Of a stretch of 64,000 nt of DNA, positions 26,601 through 41,090 are shown one piece after another (the stretch's first letter is position 1; the number at the start of each line of letters is the position of its first letter). The notes under the pieces were generated by a model. It was given only the letters and a program-made list of their open reading frames with translations, had not been told where the DNA came from and searched no databases. The DNA is taken from assembly GCF_009914755.1 (NCBI RefSeq), contig NC_060933.1; one strand, given 5' to 3'. The stretch comes from the human T2T-CHM13v2.0 reference genome, Homo sapiens. The translations under genes and the position numbers were made by a program.

Positions 26601-28999
26601 ATGCAATGGAATGGAATCAACCCGAGTACAATGGAATGGAATGGAATGGAATGGAATGGAATGGAATGGAATGGAATGGAATGCAATGGAATGGAATCTT
26701 CCGGAATGGAATGGAATGGAATGGAATGGAATGCAATGGATTCAACTCGATTGCAATGGAATGGAATAGAATGGAATGGAATGGAATGGAATGGAATGGA
26801 ATTAAACCGAATAGAATGGAATGCAATGGAATGGAACGGAACAGAACGGAAAGGAACGGAACGGAGTGGAATGGAATGGAATGGAATTGTATGGAATGGA
26901 ATGGAATGGTACGGAATAGAATGGAATGGAAAGAATTGGAATGGAATGGAATCGAATGGAATGGAATGGAATGGAATGGAATGAACCCGAGTGCAAGGGA
27001 ATGTAATGGAACGGAATGCAATGGAATGGAATCATCCGGAATGGAATGGAATAGAATGGAATGGAATGGAATGGAATGGAATGGAATGGAATGGAATCAA
27101 CCCGAGCGCAATGGAATGGAGTGGAATGGAATGGAATGGAATGGAACAACCCGAATGGAATGGAATGGAATGGAGAGTAAGGGAGTTGAATAGAATCAAT
27201 CCGAATGTAATGGAATGGAACGGAATGGAATGGAATGGAATGGAATGGAATGGAATGGAATGCAATGGAATGGAATCAACCCGAGTACAAAGGAACGGAA
27301 TGGAATGAAATGTAATGGAATGGAATGGAATGGAATGGAATGGAATGGAATCAACCCGAGTGCAATGGAATGGAGAGGAATGGAATGGAATGGAATGCAA
27401 TGGAATGGAATCATCCGGAATGGAATGGAATGCAATGGAATGCAAACCAATGGAATCAACTCGATTACAATGGAATGGAATGGAATGGAAAGGAATACAT
27501 TGGAATCAACCCGAGTGGAATGGAATTGAAAGGACTGGAATGGAGTGGAATGGAATGGAATGGAATGGAATGGAATGGAATCAACTCGATTGCAATGGAA
27601 TGGAATGGAATGGAATGGAATGGAATGGAATGGAATCAACCCGAGTTCAATGGAATGGAGAGGAATGGAATGGAATGGAATGGAAACTACCCGAATGGAA
27701 TGGAATGTAATGGAGTCTAAGGGAATTGAATAGAATCAATCCGAATGTAATGGAATGGAATGGAACGGAACGGAATGGAATGGAATGGAATGGAATGGAA
27801 TGGAATGCAGTGGAATGGAATCAACCCGACTGCAATCGAATGGAATCGAATGGAATGGAATGCAATGGAATGGATTCAACTTGAATGGAATGGAAAGAAT
27901 GGAATCAACACGAGTGGAATGGCATGGATTGGAATGTAATGGAATGGAATCAACCCGAGTACAGCGGAATGGAATGGAATGGAATGCAATGGAATGGAAT
28001 CATCCATAATGGAATGGAAAGGAATGGAATGGAATGGAATGGAATGGAATGGAATCAACTCGATTGCAATCGAATGGAATGGAGTGCAATTAACCCGAAT
28101 AGAATGGAATGGAATGGAATGGAACGGAACGGAACGGAATGGAATGGAATGGAATGGAATGGAACGGAAAGGAAGGGAATGGAATGGAATAGAATGGAAT
28201 GGAATGGAATCAACGCGAGTGCAGGGGAATGGAATGGAATGGAATGCAATGGAATGGAATCTTCCGGAATGGAATGGAATGGAATGGAATGGAATTGAAT
28301 GGAATCAACCCGATTGCAATGGAATGGAGTGGAATGGAATGGAATGGAATGGAACAACCCGAATGGAATGGAATGTAATGGAGAGTAAGGGAGTTGAATA
28401 GAATCAATCCGAATGTAATGGAATGGAATGGAACGGAATGGAATTGAATGGAATGGAATGGAATGCAATGGAATGGAATCAACCCGAGTGCAATGGAATG
28501 GAGAGGAATGGAATGGAATGCAATGGAAACTACCCGAATGGAATGTAATGGAGTGTAAGGGAATTGAATAGAATCAATCCGAATGTAATGGAATGGAATG
28601 GAACGGAATGGAATGGAATGGAATGGAATGCAATGGAATGGAATCAACCTGAGTGCAATCAAATGGAATCGAATGGAATGGAATGCAATGGAATGGATTC
28701 AACTTGAATGGAATGGAAAGAATGGAATCAACACGAGTGGAATGGCATGGATTGGAATGGAATGGAATGGAATCAACCCGAGTACATGGGAATGGAATGG
28801 AATGGAATGCAATGGAATGGAATAAACCGTAATGGAATGGAAAGGAATGGAATGGAATGGAATGGAATGGAATGGAATGGAATGGAATCAACTCGATTGC
28901 AATCGAATGGAATGGAATGGAATTAACCCGAATAGAATGGAATGGAACGGAATGGAATGGAATGGAATGGAATGGAATGCAACGGAACGGAATGGAATG

Positions 29000-31900
29000 G
29001 AATGGAATGGAATGGAATCCACGCGAGTGCAGGGGAATGGAATGGAATGGAATGCAATGGAATGGAATCTTCCGGAATGGAATGGAATGGAATGGAATGA
29101 AATGCAATGGATTCAACTCGATTGCAATGGAATGGAATAGAATGGAATGGAATAGAATGGAATTAATCCGAATAGAATGGAATGGAATGCAATGGAACGG
29201 AATGGAACGGAATGGAATGGAATGGAATAGAATGGAATTGTATGGAATGGAATGGAATGGTACGGAATAGAATGGAATGGAACGAATTGTAATGGAATGG
29301 AATTGAATGGAATGGAATGGAATGGAATGGAATGGAATGGAATCAACGCGAGTGCAGGGGAATGTAATGGAAAGGAATGCAATGGAATGGAATCATCCGG
29401 AATGGATTGGAATGGAATGGAATGGAATGGAATCAACCCGAGTGCAATGGAATGGAATGGAATGGAATGGAACAACCAGAATGGAATGGAATGTAATGGA
29501 GAGTAAGGGAGTTGAATAGAATCAATCCGAAAGTAATGGAATGGAATGCAACGGAATGGAATGGAATGGAATGGAATGGAATGCAATGGAATTGAATCAA
29601 CACGAGTACAATGGAATGGAATGGAATGGAATGGAATGGAATGGAATGATACGGAATAGAATGGAATGGAACGAAATGGAATCGAATGGAATGGAATGGA
29701 ATGGAATGGAATGGAATGGAATGGAATCAACCCGAGTGCAGGGGAATGGAATGGAATGGAATGCAATGGAATGGAATCATCCGGATTGGAATGGAATGGA
29801 ATGGAATGCAAAGCAATGGAATCAACTCGATTGCAATGGAATGGAATGGAATGGAAAGGAATACATTGGAATCAACCCGAGTGGAATGGAATGGAAAGGA
29901 CTGGAATGGAGTGGAATGGAATGGAATGGAATGGAATGCAATCAACTCGATTGGAATGGAATGGAATGCAATGGAATGGAATTAACCCGAATAGAATGGA
30001 ATGGAATGGAATGGAACGGAACGGAATGGAATGGAATGGAATGGAATGGAATGGAATGGAATGGAATGGAATCAACCCGACTGCAGGGGAATGGAATGGA
30101 ATGGAAGGCAATGGAATGGAATCATCCGGAATGGAATGGAATGGAATGCAATGGAATGGAATGGAATGGAATCAACCCGAGTGCAATGGAATGGAGTGAA
30201 ATGGAATGGAATGGAATGGACACAACCAGAATGGATTGGAATATAATGGAGTGTAAGGGAATTGAATAGAATCAATCTGAATGTAATGAAATGGAATGGA
30301 ACGGAATGGAATGGAATGGAATGGAATGGAATGGAATGGAATGGAATGCAATGGAATGGAATCAACCCGAGTGCAATCGAATGGAATCGAATGGAATGGA
30401 ATGCAATGGAATGGATTCAAATTGAATGGAATGGAAAGAATGGAATCAACACGAGTGGAATGGCATGGATTGGAATGGAATGGAATGGAATCAACCCGAG
30501 TATAGGGGAATGGAATGGAATGGAATGCAATGGAATGGAATCATCCGTAATGGAATGGAAAGGAATGGAATGGAATGGAATGGAATGGAATGGAATCAAC
30601 TCGATTGCAATCGAAAGGAATGGAATGGAATTAACCCGAATAGAATGGAATGGAATGGAATGGAACGGAACGGAATGGAATGGAATGGAATGGAATGGAA
30701 TGGAGTGGAAGGGAAAGGAAGGGAAAGGAATGGAATAGAATGGAATGGAATGGAATCAACGCGAGTGCATGGGAATGGAATGGAATGGAATGCAATGGAA
30801 TGGAATCTTCCGGAATGGAATGGAATGGAATGGAATGGAATGGAATGGAATGGAATGGAATCAACCAGAGTGCAATGGAATGGAGTGGAATGGAATGGAA
30901 TGGAATGGAACAACCCGAATGGAATGGAATGTAATGCAGAGTAAGGGAGTTGAATAGAATCAATCTGAATGTAATGGAATGGAATGCAACGGAATGGAAT
31001 TGAATGGAATGGAATGGAATGCAATGGAATGGAATCAACCCGAGTGCAATGGAATGGAGAGGAATGGAATGGAATGGAATGGAAACTACCCGAATGGAAT
31101 GGAATGTAATGGAGTGTAAGGGAATTGAATAGAATCAATCCGAATGTAATGGAATGGAATGGAACGGAATGGAATGGAATGGAATGGAATGGAATGGAAT
31201 GGAATGCAATGGAATGGAATCAACCCGAGTGCAATCGAATGGAATCGAATGGAATGGAATGCAATGGAATGGATTCAAATTGAATGGAATGGAAAGAATG
31301 GAATCAACACGAGTGGAATGGCATGGATTGGAATGGAATGGAATGGAATCAACCCGAGTACAGGGGAATGGAATGGAATGGAATGCAATGGAATGGAATC
31401 ATCCGTAATGGAATGGAAAGGAATGGAATGGAATGGAATGGAATGGAATCAACTCGATTGCAATCGAATGGAATGGAATGCAATTAACCCGAATAGACTG
31501 GAATGGAATGGAATGGAACGGAACGGAATGGAATGGAATGGAATGGAATGGAATGGAACGGAAAGGAAGGGAATGGAATGGAATAGAATGGAATGGAATG
31601 GAATCAACGCGAGTGCAGGGGAATGGAATGGAATGGAATGCAATGGAATGGAATCTTCCGGAATGGAATGGAATGGAATGGAATGAAATGCAATGGATTC
31701 AACTCGATTGCAAAGGAATGGAATAGAATGGAATGGAATAGAATGGAATTAATCCGAATAGAATGGAATGGAATGCAATGGAACGGAATGGAACGGAATG
31801 GAATGAAATGGAATAGAATGGAATTGTATGGAATGGAATGGAATGCTACGGAATAGAATGGAATGGAACGAATTGTAATGGAATGGAATTGAATGGAATG

Positions 31901-34290
31901 GAGTGGAATGGAATGGAATGGAATCAACGCGAGTGCAGGGGAATGTAATGGAAAGGAATGCAATGGAATGGAATCATCCGGAATGGATTGGAATGGAATG
32001 GAATGGAATGGAATCAACCCGAGTGCAATGGAATGGAATGGAATGGAATGGAACAAACAGAATGGAATGGAATGTAATGGAGAGTAAGGGAGTTGAATAG
32101 AATCAATCCGAAAGTAATGGAATGGAATGCAACGGAATGGAATGGAATGGAATGGAATGGAATGCAATGGAATTGAATCAACACGAGTACAATGGAATGG
32201 AATGGAATGGAATGGAATGGAATGGAATGATACGGAATAGAATGGAATGGAACGAAATGGAATCGAATGGAATGGAATGGAATGGAATGGAATGGAATGG
32301 AATGGAATCAACCCGAGTGCAGGGGAATGGAATGGAATGGAATGCAATGGAATGGAATCATCCGGAATGGAATGGAATGGAATGGAATGCAAAGCAATGG
32401 AATCAACTCGATTGCAATGGAATGGAATGGAATGGAAAGGAATACATTGGAATCAACCCGAGTGGAATGGAATGGAAAGGACTGGAATGGAGTGGAATGG
32501 AATGGAATGGAATGGAATGGAATCAACTCGATTGGAATGGAATGGAATGGAATGGAATGGAATTAACCCGAATAGAATGGAATGGAATGGAATGGAACGG
32601 AACGGAATGGAATGGAATGGAATGGAATGGAATGGAATGGAATGGAATGGAATCAACCCGACTGCAGGGGAATGGAATGGAATGGAAGGCAATGGAATGG
32701 AATCATCCGGAATGGAATGGAATGGAATGCAATGGAATGGAATGGAATGGAATCAACCCGAGTGCAATGGAATGGAGTGAAATGGAATGGAATGGAATGG
32801 ACACAACCAGAATGGATTGGAATATAATGGAGTGTAAGGGAATTGAATAGAATCAATCTGAATGTAATGAAATGGAATGGAACGGAATGGAATGGAATGG
32901 AATGGAATGGAATGGAATGGAATGCAATGGAATGGAATCAACCCGAGTGCAATCGAATGGAATCGAATGGAATGGAATGCAATGGAATGGATTCAAATTG
33001 AATGGAATGGAAAGAATGGAATCAACACGAGTGGAATGGCATGGATTGGAATGGAATGGAATGGAATCAACCCGAGTATAGGGGAATGGAATGGAATGGA
33101 ATGCAATGGAATGGAATCATCCGTAATGGAATGGAAAGGAATGGAATGGAATGGAATGGAATGGAATGGAATCAACTCGATTGCAATCGAAAGGAATGGA
33201 ATGGAATTAACCCGAATAGAATGGAATGGAATGGAATGGAACGGAACGGAATGGAATGGAATGGAATGGAATGGAATGGAGTGGAAGGGAAAGGAAGGGA
33301 AAGGAATGGAATAGAATGGAATGGAATGGAATCAACGCGAGTGCATGGGAATGGAATGGAATGGAATGCAATGGAATGGAATCTTCCGGAATGGAATGGA
33401 ATGGAATGGAATGGAATGGAATGGAATGGAATCAACCAGAGTGCAATGGAATGGAGTGGAATGGAATGGAATGGAATGGAACAACCCGAATGGAATGGAA
33501 TGTAATGCAGAGTAAGGGAGTTGAATAGAATCAATCTGAATGTAATGGAATGGAATGCAACGGAATGGAATTGAATGGAATGGAATGGAATGCAATGGAA
33601 TGGAATCAACCCGAGTGCAATGGAATGGAGAGGAATGGAATGGAATGGAATGGAAACTACCCGAATGGAATGGAATGTAATGGAGTGTAAGGGAATTGAA
33701 TAGAATCAATCCGAATGTAATGGAATGGAATGGAACGGAATGGAATGGAATGGAATGGAATGGAATGGAATGCAATGGAATGGAATCAACCCGAGTGCAA
33801 TCGAATGGAATCGAATGGAATGGAATGCAATGGAATGGATTCAACTTGAATGGAATGGAAAGAATGGAATCAACACGAGTGGAATGGCATGGATTGGAAT
33901 GGAATGGAATGGAATCAACCCGAGTACAGGGGAATGGAATGGAATGGAATGCAATGGAATGGAATCATCCGTAATTGAATGGAAAGGAATGGAATGGAAT
34001 GGAATGGAATGGAATCAACTCGATTGCAATCGAATGGAATGGAATGCAATTAACCCGAATAGACTGGAATGGAATGGAATGGAACGGAACGGAATGGAAT
34101 GGAATGGAATGGAATGGAATGGAACGGAAAGGAAGGGAATGGAATGGAATAGAATGGAATGGAATGGAATCAACGCGAGTGCAGGGGAATGGAATGGAAT
34201 GGAATGCAATGGAATGGAATCTTCCGGAATGGAATGGAATGGAATGGAATGGAATGAAATGCAATGGATTCAACTCGATTGCAATGGAAT
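29000..34290 (-). repeat. Tandem dimer of a ~2.57-2.58 kb higher-order unit
   Basis: Near-identical ORFs at offsets 2581 (29541/32122), 2576 (30426/33002) and 2566 (31449/34015). Shared variants ggacacaaccag, ttcaaattg, gagtataggg, ggaagggaaaggaagggaaagg, gtgcatggg, atgcagagtaag. Confidence 0.9.
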
Positions 34291-37200
34291 GGAATAGAAT
34301 GGAATGGAATGGAATGGAATGGAATGGAATGGAATTAACCCGAATAGAATGGAATGGAATGGAATGGAACGGAATGGAACGGAATGGAATGGAATGGAAT
34401 GGAATGGAATGGTATGGAATGGAATGGAATGGTACGGAATAGAATGGAATGGAACGAATTGTAATGGAATGGAATTGAATGGAATGGAATGGAATGGAAT
34501 GGAATCAACGCGAGTGCAGGGGAATGTAATGGAACGGAATGCAACGGAATGGAATCATCCGGAATGGAATGGAATGGAATGGAATGGAATGGAATCAACC
34601 CGAGTGCAATGGAATGGAGTGGAATGGAATGGAATGGAAAAGAATGGAACAACCCGAATGGAATGGAATGTAATGGAGAGTAAGGGAGTTGAATAGAATC
34701 AATCCGAATGAAATGGAATTGAATGCAACGGAATGGAATGGAATGGAATGGAATGGAATGCAATGGAATGGAATCAACCCGAGTACAATGAAACGGAATG
34801 GAATGGAATGGAATGGAATGGAATGGAATGGAATGGAATGGAATGGAATGGAATGCCTTCAAACCGAATGGAATGGAAAGGAATGGAATCAACACGAGTG
34901 GAATGGAATGGAATGGAATGGAATGGAATGGAATGATAAGGAATAGAATGGAATGGAACGAAATGGAATGGAATGGAATGGAATGGAATGGAACGGAATG
35001 GAATCGTTCCGAGTCTAATAGGAAGGAATGTATTCGAGTGGAATGGAAAGGAATGGAATCAACCAGAGTGGAATGGAAGGGAATGGAATGGATTGGAAAC
35101 TAATAGAATGGAATCAACCTGAGTGGAATGGAATGGAAAGGACTGGAATGGAAAGGAATGGAATGGAATGGAATGGAATGGAATGGAATGGAATGGAATC
35201 AACGCGAGTGCAGGGGAATGGAATGCAATCGAATGGAATAGAATGGAATGGAATGGAATCAACCCGAGTGCAGGGGAATGTAATGGAACGGAACGCAATG
35301 GAATGGAATCATCCGGAATGGAATGGAATGGAATGGAATGGAATCAACCCGAGTGCAATGGAATGGAGTGGAATGGAATGGAATGGAATGGAACAACCCG
35401 AATGGAATGGAATGTAATGGAGAGTAAGGGAGTTGAATAGAATCAATCCGAATGTAATGTAATGGAATGGAACGGAATGGAATTGAATGGAATGGAATGG
35501 AATGCAATGGAATGGAATCAACCCGAGTGCAATGGAATGGAGAGGAATGGAATGGAATGGAATGGAAACTACCCGAATGGAATGGAATGTAATGGAGTGT
35601 AAGGGAATTGAATAGAATCAATCCGAATGTAATGGAATGGAATGGAACGGAATGGAATGGAATGGAATGGAATGGAATCGATTGGAATGCAATGGAATGG
35701 AATGAACCCGAATGCAATCGAATGGAATCGAATGGAATGGAATGCAATGGAATGGATTCAACTTGAATGCAATGGAAAGAATGGAATCAACACGAGTGGA
35801 ATGGCATGGATTGGAATGGAATGGAATGGAATCAACCCGAGTACAGGGGAATGGAATGGAATGGAATGCAATGGAATGGAATCATCCGTAATGGAATGGA
35901 AAGGAATGGAATGGAATGGAATGGAATGGAATGGAATGGAATGGAATGGAATCAACTCGATTGCAATCGAATGGAATGGAATGGAATTAACCCGAATAGA
36001 ATGGAATGGAATGGAATGGAACGGAATGGAATGGAATGGAATGGAATGGAATGGAATGGAATGGAACGGAACGGAATGGAATGGAATGGAATGGAATGGA
36101 ATGGAATCAATGCGACTGCAGGGGAATGGAATGGAATGGAATGCAATGGAATGGAATCTTCCGGAATGGAATGGAATGGAATGGAATGGAATGGAATGAA
36201 ATGCAATGGATTCAAATAGATTGCAATGGAATGGAATAGAATGGAATGGAATGCAATGGAATGGAATTAATCCGAATAGAATGGAATGGAATGGAATGGA
36301 ACGGAATGGAACGGAATGGAATGGAATGGAATGGAATGGAATGGTATGGAATGGAATGGAATGGTACGGAATAGAATGGAATGGAACGAATTGTAATGGA
36401 ATGGAATTGAATGGAATGGAATGGAATGGAATGGAATCAACGCGAGTGCAGGGGAATGTAATGGAACGGAATGCAATGGAATGGAATCATCCGGAATGGA
36501 ATGGAATGGAATGGAATGGAATGGAATGGAATCAACCCGAGTGCAATGGAATGGAGTGGAATGGAATGGAATGGAATGGAAGAATCCGAATGGAATGGAA
36601 TGTAATGGAGAGTAAGGGAGTTGAAAAGAATCAATCCGAATGTAATGGAATGGAACGGAATGGAATGGAATGGAATGGAATGGAATGGAATGGAATGGAA
36701 TGGAATCAACCCGAGTACAATGGAATGGAATGGAATGGAATGGAATGGAATGGAATGGAATGGAATGATACGGAATAGAATGGAATGGAAAGAAATGGAA
36801 TGGAATGGAATGGAATGGAATGGAATGGAATGGAATGGAATGGAATGGAGTCGTTCTGAGTGGAATAGGAGGGAATGTATTCGAGTGGAATGGAAAGGAA
36901 TGGAATCAACCAGAGTGGAAAGGAAGGGAATGGAATGGAATGGAAACTAATAGAATGGAATCAACCCGAGTGGAATGGAATGGAAAGGACTGGAATGGAA
37001 AGGAATGGAATGGAATGGAATGGAATGGAATCAACGCGAGTGCAGGGGAATGGAATGGAATCGAATGCAATGGAATGGAATGGAATGGAATCAACCCGAG
37101 TGCAGGGGAATGTAATGGAACGGAATGCAATGGAATGGAATCATCCGGAATGGAATGGAATGCAATGGAATGGAATCAACCCGAGTGCAATGGAATGGAG

Positions 37201-40200
37201 TGGAATGGAATGGAATGGAATGGAACAATCCGAATGGAATGGAATGTAATGGAGAGTAAGGGAGTTCAAAAGAATCAATCCGAATGTAATGGAATGGAAC
37301 GGAATGGAATGGAATGGAATGGAATGGAATGGAATGGAATGGAATGGAATGGATTGCAATGGAATGGAATCAACCCGAGTACAATGGAATGGAATGGAAT
37401 GGAATGGAATGGAATGGAATGGAATGGAATGGAATGGAATGCAATGGAATGGAATCAACCCGAGTGCAATCGAATGGAATCGAATGGAATGGAATGCAAT
37501 GGAATGGATTCAACTTGAATGGAATGGAAAGAATGGAATCAACACGAGTGGAATGGCATGGATTGGAATGGAATGGAATGGAATCAACCCGAGTACAGGG
37601 GAATGGAATGGAATGGAATGCAATGGAATGGAATCATCCGTAATTGAATGGAAAGGAATGGAATGGAATGGAATGGAATGGAATCAACTCGATTGCAATC
37701 GAATGGAATGGAATGCAATTAACCCGAATAGACTGGAATGGAATGGAATGGAACGGAACGGAATGGAATGGAATGGAATGGAATGGAATGGAACGGAAAG
37801 GAAGGGAATGGAATGGAATAGAATGGAATGGAATGGAATCAACGCGAGTGCAGGGGAATGGAATGGAATGGAATGCAATGGAATGGAATCTTCCGGAATG
37901 GAATGGAATGGAATGGAATGGAATGAAATGCAATGGATTCAACTCGATTGCAATGGAATGGAATAGAATGGAATGGAATGGAATGGAATGGAATGGAATG
38001 GAATTAACCCGAATAGAATGGAATGGAATGGAATGGAACGGAATGGAACGGAATGGAATGGAATGGAATGGAATGGAATGGTATGGAATGGAATGGAATG
38101 GTACGGAATAGAATGGAATGGAACGAATTGTAATGGAATGGAATTGAATGGAATGGAATGGAATGGAATGGAATCAACGCGAGTGCAGGGGAATGTAATG
38201 GAACGGAATGCAACGGAATGGAATCATCCGGAATGGAATGGAATGGAATGGAATGGAATGGAATCAACCCGAGTGCAATGGAATGGAGTGGAATGGAATG
38301 GAATGGAAAAGAATGGAACAACCCGAATGGAATGGAATGTAATGGAGAGTAAGGGAGTTGAATAGAATCAATCCGAATGAAATGGAATTGAATGCAACGG
38401 AATGGAATGGAATGGAATGGAATGGAATGCAATGGAATGGAATCAACCCGAGTACAATGAAACGGAATGGAATGGAATGGAATGGAATGGAATGGAATGG
38501 AATGGAATGGAATGGAATGGAATGCCTTCAAACCGAATGGAATGGAAAGGAATGGAATCAACACGAGTGGAATGGAATGGAATGGAATGGAATGGAATGG
38601 AATGATAAGGAATAGAATGGAATGGAACGAAATGGAATGGAATGGAATGGAATGGAATGGAACGGAATGGAATCGTTCCGAGTCTAATAGGAAGGAATGT
38701 ATTCGAGTGGAATGGAAAGGAATGGAATCAACCAGAGTGGAATGGAAGGGAATGGAATGGATTGGAAACTAATAGAATGGAATCAACCTGAGTGGAATGG
38801 AATGGAAAGGACTGGAATGGAAAGGAATGGAATGGAATGGAATGGAATGGAATGGAATGGAATGGAATCAACGCGAGTGCAGGGGAATGGAATGCAATCG
38901 AATGGAATAGAATGGAATGGAATGGAATCAACCCGAGTGCAGGGGAATGTAATGGAACGGAACGCAATGGAATGGAATCATCCGGAATGGAATGGAATGG
39001 AATGGAATGGAATCAACCCGAGTGCAATGGAATGGAGTGGAATGGAATGGAATGGAATGGAACAACCCGAATGGAATGGAATGTAATGGAGAGTAAGGGA
39101 GTTGAATAGAATCAATCCGAATGTAATGTAATGGAATGGAACGGAATGGAATTGAATGGAATGGAATGGAATGCAATGGAATGGAATCAACCCGAGTGCA
39201 ATGGAATGGAGAGGAATGGAATGGAATGGAATGGAAACTACCCGAATGGAATGGAATGTAATGGAGTGTAAGGGAATTGAATAGAATCAATCCGAATGTA
39301 ATGGAATGGAATGGAACGGAATGGAATGGAATGGAATGGAATGGAATCGATTGGAATGCAATGGAATGGAATGAACCCGAATGCAATCGAATGGAATCGA
39401 ATGGAATGGAATGCAATGGAATGGATTCAACTTGAATGCAATGGAAAGAATGGAATCAACACGAGTGGAATGGCATGGATTGGAATGGAATGGAATGGAA
39501 TCAACCCGAGTACAGGGGAATGGAATGGAATGGAATGCAATGGAATGGAATCATCCGTAATGGAATGGAAAGGAATGGAATGGAATGGAATGGAATGGAA
39601 TGGAATGGAATGGAATGGAATCAACTCGATTGCAATCGAATGGAATGGAATGGAATTAACCCGAATAGAATGGAATGGAATGGAATGGAACGGAATGGAA
39701 TGGAATGGAATGGAATGGAATGGAATGGAATGGAACGGAACGGAATGGAATGGAATGGAATGGAATGGAATGGAATCAATGCGACTGCAGGGGAATGGAA
39801 TGGAATGGAATGCAATGGAATGGAATCTTCCGGAATGGAATGGAATGGAATGGAATGGAATGGAATGAAATGCAATGGATTCAAATAGATTGCAATGGAA
39901 TGGAATAGAATGGAATGGAATGCAATGGAATGGAATTAATCCGAATAGAATGGAATGGAATGGAATGGAACGGAATGGAACGGAATGGAATGGAATGGAA
40001 TGGAATGGAATGGTATGGAATGGAATGGAATGGTACGGAATAGAATGGAATGGAACGAATTGTAATGGAATGGAATTGAATGGAATGGAATGGAATGGAA
40101 TGGAATCAACGCGAGTGCAGGGGAATGTAATGGAACGGAATGCAATGGAATGGAATCATCCGGAATGGAATGGAATGGAATGGAATGGAATGGAATGGAA

Positions 40201-41090
40201 TCAACCCGAGTGCAATGGAATGGAGTGGAATGGAATGGAATGGAATGGAAGAATCCGAATGGAATGGAATGTAATGGAGAGTAAGGGAGTTGAAAAGAAT
40301 CAATCCGAATGTAATGGAATGGAACGGAATGGAATGGAATGGAATGGAATGGAATGGAATGGAATGGAATGGAATCAACCCGAGTACAATGGAATGGAAT
40401 GGAATGGAATGGAATGGAATGGAATGGAATGGAATGATACGGAATAGAATGGAATGGAAAGAAATGGAATGGAATGGAATGGAATGGAATGGAATGGAAT
40501 GGAATGGAATGGAATGGAGTCGTTCTGAGTGGAATAGGAGGGAATGTATTCGAGTGGAATGGAAAGGAATGGAATCAACCAGAGTGGAAAGGAAGGGAAT
40601 GGAATGGAATGGAAACTAATAGAATGGAATCAACCCGAGTGGAATGGAATGGAAAGGACTGGAATGGAAAGGAATGGAATGGAATGGAATGGAATGGAAT
40701 CAACGCGAGTGCAGGGGAATGGAATGGAATCGAATGCAATGGAATGGAATGGAATGGAATCAACCCGAGTGCAGGGGAATGTAATGGAACGGAATGCAAT
40801 GGAATGGAATCATCCGGAATGGAATGGAATGCAATGGAATGGAATCAACCCGAGTGCAATGGAATGGAGTGGAATGGAATGGAATGGAATGGAACAATCC
40901 GAATGGAATGGAATGTAATGGAGAGTAAGGGAGTTCAAAAGAATCAATCCGAATGTAATGGAATGGAACGGAATGGAATGGAATGGAATGGAATGGAATG
41001 GAATGGAATGGAATGGAATGGATTGCAATGGAATGGAATCAACCCGAGTACAATGGAATGGAATGGAATGGAATGGAATGGAATGGAATG
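33737..41090 (-). repeat. Apparently identical tandem duplication with a 3669-bp unit (33737-37405, then 37406-41074, match running to 41090)
   Basis: ORFs lying wholly within the first copy recur with the same translation at exactly +3669 (33965/37634, 34304/37973, 35642/39311, 36875/40544). The match breaks at 33736 (c vs t) and 41091 (a vs g). Confidence 0.93.

Noticed and set aside
30705-30730. ggaagggaaaggaagggaaagg as a G-quadruplex, or as an EWS-FLI1-type GGAA microsatellite
   Set aside because: Only two GGG tracts and no (GGAA)n tetramer run; it is a short purine-only variant copied once by the 2.58-kb duplication.
33737-41090. Identification as the Y-chromosome DYZ1 ~3.6 kb repeat
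   Set aside because: Only two copies at this period within an irregular mosaic. A similar unit length alone is not evidence, and I cannot run the alignment.
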